From: Mesotaenium endlicherianum
Taxonomy: Eukaryota
Direction: 5' to 3'
NCBI GenBank assembly: GCA_009602735.1
Contig: WELA01003352.1
Span: 249,777-295,261 of the forward strand
Length of the DNA: 45,485 nt
Shown here: piece by piece, positions 34,311 to 45,485 of the stretch
How the letters are laid out: each line of letters opens with the position of its first letter
Numbering within the stretch: the first letter of the stretch is position 1
Notes under the pieces: generated by a model
The model's database searches: none
What the model saw: only the letters and a program-made list of their open reading frames with translations
What the model was told of the DNA's origin: nothing
Made by a program: the position numbers and the translations under genes

Positions 34311-37300
34311 TCACACCGACGCCAGCTGGGACCACGTCCCGAGCTCCGACTGCGGCACATATCTGTAGAGCTTAATCTTATTGGCCAGGCTCAGCGCGCT
34401 TGTGAGCAGCGGCTCCTTCCCCTCGCCGTCGCCGGCCTCGAGAGCGTCCTCGTACGAACTGATGGCGTCCCCGAGGAGCTCAAACACAAACACCCGCGCC
34501 GACACCGGCCTGTCAAAGTCGAAGTAGAGAGGGAGCCCGGGCCTGGCCGTCGGCAGCAGGTACTGCGCCACTATCTCTGCTCTCCCGTGCATGTCCTGCT
34601 CAAGGTCGCACAATGCACATTGCGACGGCCAATGGGGACACCGGCATGTCAGGAAAACAGTCCTAAAATACCCTTTCGCAGCACGCACGGGCACAGGCAT
34701 ATGCACGCGCACAGGCACCGGCACACACTCGAGCACGGGCACCCCCACACGCACATGCGCACGTGCGCACCCAAGCGGGTGATAGGCTGCGGCGACCAGC
34801 CGAGAAGCAGATAGAGAAAGAAAGAGGGAGCATGACACGAGCTCACAGCGAGGGCGTGGTCCACAGGAGCCCGCTGCTATCACACACAGCACAACACACA
34901 CGGCGCGCAGCGCGCACGTGCCCAAAGAAGTCTCGCAACTTGAGGCTTTCATACAAGAGCAAGGGTGACAGGCTTCGGCGAGAGGGGCATCAGGGCTCAA
35001 GGAGACACGCCAGAAGATGAGGGCTCAGGGTTCTGGTTCAGGTTCTGGTTCGGGTTAGGGTTAGGGTTAGGGCTTCCCGAGGCACACACCTGGCGGGTGG
35101 AGACGCGGAGGTGGAGGCAGCCGGGGGACGCCAGGCAGTCCTCCAGCTCCCCCGTGAGCGCGCGCCTCACTGAGGGCTCCCCCTCCTCCTCCGCCTCCCC
35201 CTCCCTGTCGGCGGCCCTCCTGCGGCAGCTGCCGCTGGCAGCGTGGGGGAGGGAGCCGCAGTGCAGGCTGAGGGCGCGCACGCTGCTGAGCGCGTCGAGC
35301 CGAAATCCCGCCAGCTGTGGGGGGGGCGCGCTGCTCCCGCCGTACACGGACACCACCTGCTCCAGCACGAGCCCGCCCGACAAGAGCCGCTCGCCCTCCA
35401 CCTGCACCTGCTCGATGTTGTTGTCGCGCGCGCGTGCGTGTGTGTGGGTGCGCGTCGCAAGCCCCGGTGGACACCAGAGAGCACGCGGGTGTCAGTACGA
35501 CGAGCGTGCATGGCTGTGGGGATGCCAGCACGCGGAAGCTGTCACTTACTACTGCTGCAGGTTTGTGTTCGCCCTCACTGTTGCAGCAAAGAAGTCTTGG
35601 AAGCAAGGACTCCAAACGGGCGAAAGAAGGGGCTGAGCGCACACACTAGGCGACAAGTAAGCAATGCCGAGGGCTCCTTGCAGACAAGGCTGGATTGGTG
35701 GGAGTCATTTGCGACGGCAACCCCCGGGCAGAGAAGGCCTCAAGCCCCATCCTGCAGCACAATCACCGCAAGGGCTCTGCTCCTTCCCCCCTCCCGCCCT
35801 CTTCCCGCCCTCTTCCCGCCCTTTTGCCGCCCTTTCCCCCCTTTTCCCCGCCATCCCAGATTTTTCCTCGTAGAAGGCAAAATGGTCGAGCAAGAGCGTT
35901 CAAAAGACACCACTCCAGAGGAGCGAGAGCAGGAGCAAGAGAAAGAAAACGAGAGGAGAGGGAGAAAGAGAGAAGGGGCAAGAGGGCTGACCCGGCTGCG
36001 GCCGCATCTGGCGGGGTCGTCTAAGCCCCCTGCTGCCCCCCCTCTCCCGGGCCTCTCCAGCGCTGACGCCTGGCCTGGTGGCGCCGCGTTGTTGGCCGCA
36101 TCTGCCACTCGCACGCCCCACACCTGGACCCTCTTCGCAAATACCACAAGCTTCCCCCCCACAGTGCCGCCACCGCCACCTGGCACATCGCCTGCGCCAC
36201 TCCCACTGCCAATGGCAGCCGCCGCCGGCGGCTGCTCCCTGCGCCTGCTGCCGGAGTGCTGCTCGGCCAGCTGGCGCTCTGAGAACGACAGCATGAGCCA
36301 TACGAAGCGGCACGAGAGCGCCACTGGGAGTTTAAAGACCAGCTCAGCCGGCATGGGGGAGGCGGAGGCGGAGGGGGCGCTGTTGCTACTGCTGCTTCGG
36401 GTTGCAGAGGAGGGGGGGCGTGCGGCGGCGGCGGCGGCGAGTGCTGCGGCTGAGAGGTCCCATACACCCGCCTGCTTGCGCGCGCTCTCCGCAATGGTGT
36501 CACCCACCGCCACTCTCACCTGCGCGCGCACGGCCAGCAGAGGGGGGGCACCGGGAAAAGGAAGGAGGGGGGGGGGGGGTGAGGAGAGAACGCCGTGGAA
36601 GGATGCCCCGGCAGCAAGGAGCCGAGAGAGAGAGGTTCATGTGGAAGGCCCAGAGTAAGCAGGGCTGCCCTTGCATGCCTCTGAGCTTGCTCCAGGCTGG
36701 TGGCTCCAAATTAGCGCCGCGGCGGCCGAGACGAGAAGCTATGCCCGTCACAGGCCTCCCTCCTCTTGCCCTGCTCGCCTCTTTCCTTCCCTCCTCCCAC
36801 CCCCTTCCCCTTACCCACCTCCCCCCTCCTTCCCCCTGCCCCCCCCTCCCGGCAACTTCTCTCCCTGATTGCCTCTTCTAGCAAATATCCGGCACCTGGA
36901 GATTTGCTGGGCAAAATATTATGGTCACAGCAAGAAGATGACGTGAACTTGCTTGTATCATCGTCAGCGACGAACACACGTCTAGATAAAATGCAGACGT
37001 TTGCACACTTCGCATTGATAATATATGCGGACACCTACTGTGAAAGGAAGCTCGCCCTCTGCACAGGACAAGCGGACAGCGACAAGCGACAGGCAACAGG
37101 CCAGCACCAGCACAACATTGCAAAAGCAGATAGACATACACACCCCCCCAAACTCTTGCGCCCAGTCCAGGTGCAACACACAGAAGAACAGCAGAGACAG
37201 GTCCCGCGTGACACCTGGCACCCGCCAGCAGAAACGCAAAATCGCACAACGCACCGTGGGAAGCTCGGAGGGCAAGTAGTCTGAGCGGCCCAGCTGCAGC

Positions 37301-40300
37301 ACGACGCGCGAGACGACGGCGGGCGTGGCCAACACGACGGGCACCTCCACCTGCGTCACGTCGTCGGGCGCCTGCCACCAGGGGAAGGGCGCGCCTGTTG
37401 CGGTCCCCAGGGCTCCCCCCGGCGGCTCCGGGGGGGCCAGCAACGACTCTGGGGGCGCAAAGCCCGGGGCTGTCGGCACCTGTTCACACCCGCAGGGCGG
37501 AAGAGTAGTGCTGAGAAGTGTGATCATGAGCAGTCATAAGTACTGAAAGAGGGAGGTGCACAGACGCAGACCCCCCCCCCCCCTCCCCAACACACACACG
37601 CAGGCACACACCCACACACACACACACACACGTGCACACACACACACACCACGCGCACACACACACACGCACGCGCACACACCACGCGCACACACCACGC
37701 GCACACACACACGCACACACACATACTTGGACACAGACACAGACTTGGACACATGCATACAGAGAGAGGTAGAGTTGAGATAAGGAAAGGGCGTGAAAAA
37801 AAATCGGCAGTCAGCAGAGGACTCCCCCACGCGCCCTTCACAGGCAGCTCCTATGAGCACCCATGGCTTGTGCAACTCCATCCCTCTTTTTTCTCTTTCC
37901 CCCCACATTATAGTTCCTTGTTATAAGCTGGAATGTATATACAAATATACATACACATACTATCAGATATATGGAGAGAAACATGGATCAAGTGCAAGAG
38001 GGGAGGGAAAGAGTGTGGCATGCAGAGACAGCTGATGAAGGCCCTACCACTCTGACTCCTAGATGGGCCGACGGAAAGACGGAAAGATAGAGACCAGTGC
38101 ACCCTTGGCTCTCCCCGGCTCTCTCTGTCATTTCTGATGCAATGAAAGGCGCCAAGTGGCGCCAGGATGGGCAACGTAGAAGTATACCGGCATTCGCACC
38201 ACTCCGCGTCACAAGCAGTTGCAACCTCGGGTGGTGCGTACAACCACGAGTGCCAGTTGGCTCAAACAAACTAATTGGAATGCAAACTCAGAATCGGCAA
38301 GAGCCTCATCCGTTCCTCCATCAACACCCTCGCTCCTTTTGGACACGTGGAAACCAAAACTTAGCACAAAACCCTGAACCTCGAACCCTGACAAAGGGCG
38401 AGGAAGTTTCTCAGACTTGGGCGTCACAACAGGCGGCACAACACGATCGCTTGCACTTCCAACATTGCCTGCCCATAGTCTGTGCGTCATGTCTGACAGC
38501 TTCGGGAGTCAAAACCATCCCCTTCTTTGCTTCTCTACTTGCTTCTCTTTGATATCGGGGGGCTGTTTGGTGCGGGAGGGGAGAGGGCACGTACGGAGTA
38601 GAGCAAGCCCGCGTACGGGAACTCCGCCAGGGGCACCTCCTCGCTGCTGCTGCTGCTGCTGCCACTGCTACCAGCTCCACCTGCCTGAGCTAGGCGTCCC
38701 TGCGCATCTGCCGGAGCCCCATCACCCCCCTCTCCAGCTGGCGCACGAGGCCGCCGATCGCAATTTGGACCGTCAACGGGGCCGCATCCAAGATCCGCAA
38801 GAAAGACAGCAGCCTCTAGCGCCGCTGCCTCCACCCCCGCCCTCCTCCTGCTGGCGGCCAGAGACCGCACGCTGTCAAGCAAGCATGCGTCCTTCACCAG
38901 AGGGGGGCAGCAGTCCTGGCAGAGCGCGGCATCGGCGGGCACGGGGCCGCGTGAGGGGCCCTGGCCGGCGGCCAGCACGGCGCCGCCGCTGCCGGCGACA
39001 CCTGGCAGGNNNNNNNNNNNNNNNNNNNNNNNNNNNNNNNCCCCGCAGGGTCGCCAGGTGGCGCCAGGAGGGCGCTCCCCGGGCTTGCGAGACACGCGCG
39101 GCACGCCCGCCGGTCGCACCGGTGGCACCTGCCGGCCACGGCTGCAGCGACGCCACCTTGGGCGGTGGCGTCCTCTGGCCCCCGCCGCCCGAGTGCACGG
39201 CTGGCGCGATCGCGCGCGTCCAGCTGCCCCAGCTGGAATGGCTCCCCTGGCGGTTCCCGCCAGCCGAAGGGGTGCTCGGGCTCCCGGTTCCTGCTGCCCT
39301 CGCCGGCCCTGCTGGGCCTCCCAGGGGCGCACCTCACCTGGCAGGCCCCCCCTACGCAGTAGCGCACATACCCCGCTGCCTCTTCCTCCTCCTCCCCCTC
39401 CTCTGCCTGCTCCCCTCCTCTTCTACATCCGGCGCTACCGCACCCACCGCCGCAATAGCAGCTGTCTCCCCTCCCTTCTCCCTCGCTTTTGCCGCTTGCT
39501 TCCCCTGTCCCCCCGCCGCCGTTGCCAGGGGTTGCCACGTGTCGCAGCCCCAGTGCCGCCAGCGCCTTGTCCTCTGCCGCGATTCTGGTGAGGCTCGCCA
39601 GCTGTACGGCCGCCTGGCGCCTCTGGGCGACATCCAGCGGCTTTATGCGCCTGTTGGGGTCGAGGGCAGCGGGCTTGATGCCGAGGACGGCGCTGATGAC
39701 GGCGTTGCGCTCGCCAGCTGTCAGGCCAAGGCGCAGCCTCACAGCCTCCAGCTCCAGGGCCTCGGCAAAGCTCAGCTGCGGTGAGACGGGTGGCAGCAGC
39801 AGGAAGAGCAGCACATGCGAAGGAGGAAGGGTGAGCCCAAGATCAGCCCAGGGCAAGCCCAAGAAAAGAACTGCAAAAGATTGAAAGGGCAAGAGAGGCC
39901 GGCTGTAGGCACCCGCTTTCAGAGAGGCACACGTGAGTGGAGGTGCTGGGGTGGAGCTGCGCACGCCAGGTGTACGCGAGTGCCAGTGCCAGCGTGCGCG
40001 CATCCACAGGCTCACGCGTACGCGCACAACTGAAGCCGCAAGAACCAAAGTGAAAGGCGAGACTACTAGAAGGTTCAGAACAAAAAGTAAAGACACAAGG
40101 GGACTGGGGGGGGCCCCACTCGACACCTTTCGCACGCAATGAGAGAGATGCCACTGGCGCTCTCATAACATCTGCTCAATTACAGGAGAGGCCTCCTCTC
40201 ACAACAGGAGTCGAGAGAGATACACATTGGCGCGCGCACAGGAGGAGGATCGGGAGGCAAGCGCGGGCGAGGAAGGTAACATCAGGGTCGGCACGTCTCC

Positions 40301-43300
40301 TCACCCTGAGCAGGGGCATGGCGCGGTTGTCGACGACGGCGGAGGCGAGGAAGCCGTTGCCGCGCTCCTGCTGCTTGCCGTCGCGGGCCTTGAGGTGGAC
40401 CATGTGCTGGACTCCCTCGGCGTTCCAGAGCAGACCGACCTCCCTGCAGCAGCAGCACACGGGGGGGGGATGTGCATCTCCGATCAGTCCCCTGCAACCT
40501 GCCGGCTGATCGGATGCTACGTCATGTGTGCAGATGCAGGACCTCACTAGAGAGAAATTGGGGAGAGAGATAGGGGGAGAGAGGGAGAGAGAAGGGGGGG
40601 CGGCAAAAGGGCAGGGGGGGAGGGGGGAGGGGGGGGCAGCTCACTTGATCCAGGTGCGCACGGCCTTTCCGTTCTTGATGAGGGTGGCGCCGGCGGTACG
40701 GTTGTCGTAGTAGCCGCGGAGCATCATGTTGATGTGCAGGTTCTTGTCAGACACCAGGCAGAAGGCGTTGTCGGGCTCGCCGTTGAAGTCGAAGCGGGTG
40801 CCGCGCGCGCCGGTGAAGTGGGGGTCGTCCTCCACCTTGGCGTTGCACTTGCCCCCGACCCTGCTGAGCTTGCCCTTGCCCATCCTGAGGACGACACCGG
40901 TGGAGCCCATCAAGTGGCAGGGGCCAGCCTCGCAGAGGGAGTCCCTGCAAGCACGCAGGCGCAGGGCTCTCGCCTCGCAGTCAGTGCGCCTTCGCAGCGG
41001 GGACCAAGCGCGCTCTTTCCACAAGCCCACAAGCAAGGGGAGGATTCTGCCCAACGCTCGCACGAGTCGCACGCGGGATGCAAGGACGCAAAACGCAAAT
41101 CTGGGATACGAGGACAAAACCGCTCCAATTTCCGCACGTTTGTGCAAGCTTCTCCGAGGCCTCCTCTGTATTGCAGGCAACGGTCTTCTTCCTGCAGGGC
41201 GACAGTTTGCCTACGGAGTACAGTAATTAAGACGGGGGATGAAGTCAAAGCGTGCGGGGTTTGCGCTGGTGAAGGTGGGTACCTCCTGTAGTGCTGCCAG
41301 TAGACGCAGCCGGGCGTCGTGCGGCAGAGATGGCAGCAGCCTCTGGTGTAGTTCACCTGCTCGGTCTTGATGAATCCCTTGATCTTGCTGTACTCCTGAA
41401 ATGCAAGCAGAAGGGGACAGACAGTGAGGCGCGGTTCTCGACAAGAATTTACTACCTGAGTCACGCTATCGGCATACTCTGGAAGTTTCTGGGCTCGAGA
41501 GCTACAAGCTGGGGGCTCGTTATGCATGGTTGTGTGGGGTGTCGATCGTGCGACATATGCACTGTGTGATACGACTGGAACGTTTGTAGCATTCCGCGGC
41601 TTAAATAAAATGGCAATGAGAGGGACGTAAATATTGGCCCCGCTAGGCCTGCGTGGCACGTGAAGGGCTTTCGAGGCATGTCAATGTGTGCGCCAAGCTG
41701 CTTCAAAACGCTCCCTAATTCAGCCCTACGAGAAATAGTACCTGAAAGAATCCTTCGCTTCCTGGTTTTCCGTCGCCCATCTTGTCCTGGCACTTCACAG
41801 AGGTACACTGCCCAGACCCGAAGGTGACTACATCATCCGCAGATGCTAGCGCCGCTAGTCCCAGAATGACTGCGCACAACATAACCGCCTTCATCTGAGC
41901 CATGGTGCTAGCTTTCTGCGGCGCAAATAGTCCTTCAGACAAAAAGCTTCAGCCTTTTGAAAGGCAACAGTAAGCGGTGTGCGGNCCCACGAGAGGGCTT
42001 CTGCACTGCTGGCCCTCACATGTCCACACAGGCTCATGCATGTAGGGTTGCATTCTCGGCACTCGCCAGGTGGCAACATGGTAACTGCCTCAACTCCCAA
42101 TCGCGTGGATGACGCCTTAATGAGAGACGACTTCATACTACCCCTGTCGGAACCGATGGATGCACACCCTTACCATAGTCCTACACCTCGAGAGAGCTGT
42201 AGCTCTACAGATTCAAGAATCAACACACCACAAACTTCTGAATGTCAAATGCTTCTCCCCCCCCTCCCCCCCCAATCCTCTATCCCCTGTGCCCCCTCTC
42301 AGCCCCAGTTTCCTGCAATCCTTCCTAGAGGGCACTCACTAGGGCAGAGGGGGCAAAGGGAAATAGAGAGGTGCAGGAAGAGGATGGCGGGACCGGAAAG
42401 CAAGGCCTTCCTCGAACTGAACCAAACTGAAGACGCCAGAGCGTCACACGTGAGCGGGTAGGCAAGTGCAAGGAGGAGGCAGGGGGACATTTTCATGTGC
42501 ACGCACCTGTCCCAGGGTCATGGAGGCGCCGGAGGAGGCGCCAGAGGAGGAAGAGGCGGGGGCCTGGCCGGGGCCGCCGGGGTAAAAGGTGACAGCCACC
42601 ACCCTCGTCAGGAAGTCCACGTCAGCAGTGGCCTCCTCGTACGCGTACAGCTGGACCCAGTTCTCGTTGCTCCGGGGATCCGGCCTGCTGTCGCCGAAGG
42701 CTCCTGCGGCACCACCTGGCAACGGGAGCTCGTCGCCCTCGCCGGGGGCGCTGGCGGCAGCGGCGGCTGAGGAGGCGGGGGGGAGGGCGTAGAGGAGGGC
42801 GGTGCCGCTAGCGCACCTGGGGATGACCGCATTCTGCGGGCGCCGCCACAAGGGCCAGCTCGAAGAAGGTCGGAAAAGGAAAAGCGCAGAAAAGTCGAGA
42901 GGTGCAGAAGAAGTCGGAAAGAAGTGCGAGAAAACCACTCGTACGCGAAGGAGTGGTGATTCTCCAGTTCTTGGAGAGTGATGGCATGGATTGGAGTTGT
43001 CTGCTGGTGCCGTGTGGAGGCCCGCCGGTAGGCCCGCTCCGGAGCACGTCCCCCAGCAGCGGCAGCAGCAGCGGCAGCATGATTGCGCGTGCGCGGGGGG
43101 CTTTGGCTTGCCCTTTTGGGGCGAGAACTTACAGCAATGATGCAGACTAAGAAAGCATTACCACGTCATGCACTAGTGTGGATGAGAGGAGGTCAAAGGA
43201 CGGGTTGTCGATTCAATGCACGCCAGGCGGCTGCAGAAGCGGGGAGCAACAGATGGCGGTTCCAGAGGAGAAGCTAGGTAGATTATCAAGGGGGCCCTTT

Positions 43301-45208
43301 GCGGCAAGGCCCCCCGCCCAGCATAGATATTCGTGGGCCCTCCTTATGGCAAAATATCGGAGTGCCTTTAACACGTGGCAGCCCAAGCACCCTCCACGCA
43401 TTGGGGCTTTCTCTCATGCAAGAGGAGGTCTATCACTAACGCGTATATAGATTAATCAAACCTCAAAAAGGGATAGTAGCCCCCCTACCCCCTCTCACAT
43501 GCCACTGGCTCTGACCGTGGTAAGGCGGGCACCACGTGGGTGCGCATATGCTCCGCGGGGGGGGGGAGAGGTTGAAGTCAACAGCCCGATGTTTGTTTGC
43601 TAACCACACGTTTGTGCAAAGCGCGCAAGATGCGTGCGACATTGCATCCTCGGCAAGGCTCTGCCTTCTGAAAGGCAAGGGGGCAGGAGAAAGAGGAAGG
43701 AGGACAGAGGGTTGTCCAAGGCCGTGCAGCACAAGCTACCGAAGGACAAGATACTCAAGAGAGCCGAGTGAGTGAGGTTGAGAGCAAAGCTCAACCGCAA
43801 AGAGCAAGAGTAGATAGCTATTGTCAACAGCTCTCGGTTTGCAACAAAAGGCCAGATGGAGAGTCAGAGCTGCGGGCGCAAGAGAGGGGGGGCCGTGAAT
43901 GAAGAGACACTCAGGAGGTACGACGATTACGCACAATGTCAGAAAGGACAGGCCCAGAAGTGTTCTGATACATCCTATCGCAAAGCGGAAGACAGTCAGG
44001 AAGTGAAGCATGCAGTCTCGCAAAGCAGAGAAATTCAAAACGTATGAAAATACATCACCGCAAACACACTCAGCCTTACAAACCGGGAACGGCTCAGAAA
44101 GCGGCCCCATTGCAGGATCGGTTGCATAACAGTAGCAGCAGCTGCAGCAGCTGCAGCAGTCAAGAGCACGGCAACAGGTGGCGCTCTGACAGAGATGCAC
44201 ACGCAGAGCTTGCAGAGCTCCGCGAGGAGAGTGCCCACCTCGAGGCGGAGCGTGAGCTCGTCCAGGTGTCGGCCCGTGCGGACGTCGAAGGCGTGCGGCG
44301 CCGTGCTGTCGTCGCCTCCATGCGCCACAGTGAGGAGCACGCTGCTGACGTGGCAGGGCTCCGACAAAAAGAGGTACAGCTCCACGACGGGCGAAGACGG
44401 CGGACACACCTGGCATGGCACGGCAGGCAAATGTGAGCACGTGGCGCTGACCTGTCACTCGAGAGCTGACATTAACAAGCAGGGCAAGGGCATCGCCTCC
44501 CAGCAGTCTCCCAACAATCCTTCAACCCCAACCCCCCTTTCCTTGCTCGAGAAAATCATCTCCACCTCCAAACTGCACCTCCTCACAGGCCATAGCAGAG
44601 AACGCAACACCTGGCAGCGTTGCAGGCACCTTGTAGAAGCATTGCAGGCACCTGACAAATGGAACCACGACAGAATGCTCTCAGGCACAGAGAGGAAGTA
44701 GGAGGCGTGCAAGCGCGTGACAGCCTGCGATCATTAATGGCCTCCTCTGCTTCGTTTGAGTCCCTCCCCTGCCCAGGGCCCCTCGCAGCTACTGGCTGGG
44801 GCACCCTCCTCAGGCGCCTCATTCACGTGGAAATGAATACTTGGTAGAGCAGGAAAGTTGACAACAATTCCGCTTTTCAAAAATAGCGTCCCCCACGCTC
44901 GGCACCTCTGATGCCACCTCAAGTCACTGGCAAGTCAAGCAACCTTTAGAAGAATATATGGGGCCCTGAGCAAGGCGTACCAACCCAGCTTCGTTCACGA
45001 GCGAGAGAAAGAGACAGAGATCAAGAAGCAGGGGCGAGAAGAGGGGGGGGGTTGGGGGGGGGGGTTTGCAACTCACCCAGATGGAGGTCTTGGACTTGGA
45101 GCTGATGAGAGTGGTGGGCGCAGCAGCCAGGCTGAGGCTGGGGAGGCCGGCGCTGGGGAGGCGTGAGGGCACTGGCTTAAGCAAGCACGCGTGCGGCCGC
45201 GTGAACAC
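34311..45208 (-). CDS. SAC9: SAC9-like phosphoinositide phosphatase, C-terminal half; exons 45208-45077, 44409-44239, 42833-42507, 39775-38595, 37479-37255, 36519-35992, 35407-35090, 34595-34311; 5' part outside the window
   Basis: Colinear motifs recalled from plant SAC9: [124 protein letters not shown], phase-0 exon chain. Confidence 0.88.
35055..35072 (+). repeat. (TTAGGG)3 telomere-like repeat with degenerate flanking hexamers
   Basis: ggttctggttcaggttctggttcgggTTAGGGTTAGGGTTAGGG in the last SAC9 intron. Confidence 0.7.
37590..37722. repeat. Imperfect (CA)n microsatellite
   Basis: CACACA/CGCACA tract in a SAC9 intron. Confidence 0.9.
39010..39040. other. Assembly gap (31 N) inside a SAC9 exon region
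   Basis: The SAC9-like reading frame changes across the gap, so the gap length is inexact or it hides an intron. Confidence 0.95.
40305..41903 (-). CDS. Secreted root-cap/LEA-related domain protein, 3'-incomplete; exons 41903-41742, 41395-41283, 40944-40645, 40443-40305
   Basis: Signal peptide ([22 protein letters not shown]), Cys-rich module ([17 protein letters not shown]), then [41 protein letters not shown] typical of root-cap family proteins; splice phases 0, 2, 2 all consistent. Confidence 0.85.
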
Positions 45209-45485
45209 CTGGGAGCGGACCCCCGCACAAGCCATGCCCACAGCACAAACGTGCGGGCAGCCCACCCATGCACGTGCCCACGCACACAGATGAGGAGTCA
45301 CTACCACGGAAGGAACAAGTTTGAGGTACCTGCGTTGCATGCTTTGTTGCTGTCGGAGAAGGCAGGGGACGTATCTGGGCTGTCGGAGTTATTGTTTTTA
45401 GAAAAGGCCGGGAAAGGAAGCACAAAAGGCATGCAGCAGAAAGACGGGGAGAAAAAACATGGCACTCCGATTGGGGGAGGGGGGG

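Noticed and set aside
1..45485. CRISPR array, rRNA or prokaryotic operon
   Set aside because: No regularly spaced repeat-spacer array or rRNA-like sequence; the window is spliced eukaryotic DNA

Overview
Eukaryotic, intron-rich genomic DNA, probably from a streptophyte green alga (inferred from GC-rich exons, a plant-type tRNA-Leu(CAG), and SAC9, GT77 and root-cap family genes). The left arm holds a minus-strand GT77-type glycosyltransferase gene, a divergent plus-strand multi-exon coiled-coil/Ser-Thr kinase gene and a tRNA-Leu. The centre (13.8-33.4 kb) is a nested transposon island. It contains two Ty3/gypsy chromovirus families (element B inside element A), three solo LTRs, two related CTAG-ended MITEs with 10-bp target duplications and an old RT fragment; all LTR boundaries are supported by 5-bp TSDs. 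Element B is the most notable feature. It has a clear -1 ribosomal frameshift signal (UUUAAAA, 7-nt spacer, 10-bp stem). It also has a ~558-aa non-Env extra ORF downstream of pol, preceded by a TACTAAC/CAG splice acceptor and bracketed by a duplicated polypurine tract; this ORF is only visible after removing a same-family solo LTR. The right arm is the 3' half of a SAC9-like gene, with a truncated root-cap-domain gene in the same orientation inside one apparent intron (real nesting or misassembly). Family assignments come from motif recognition and recall, not database searches.
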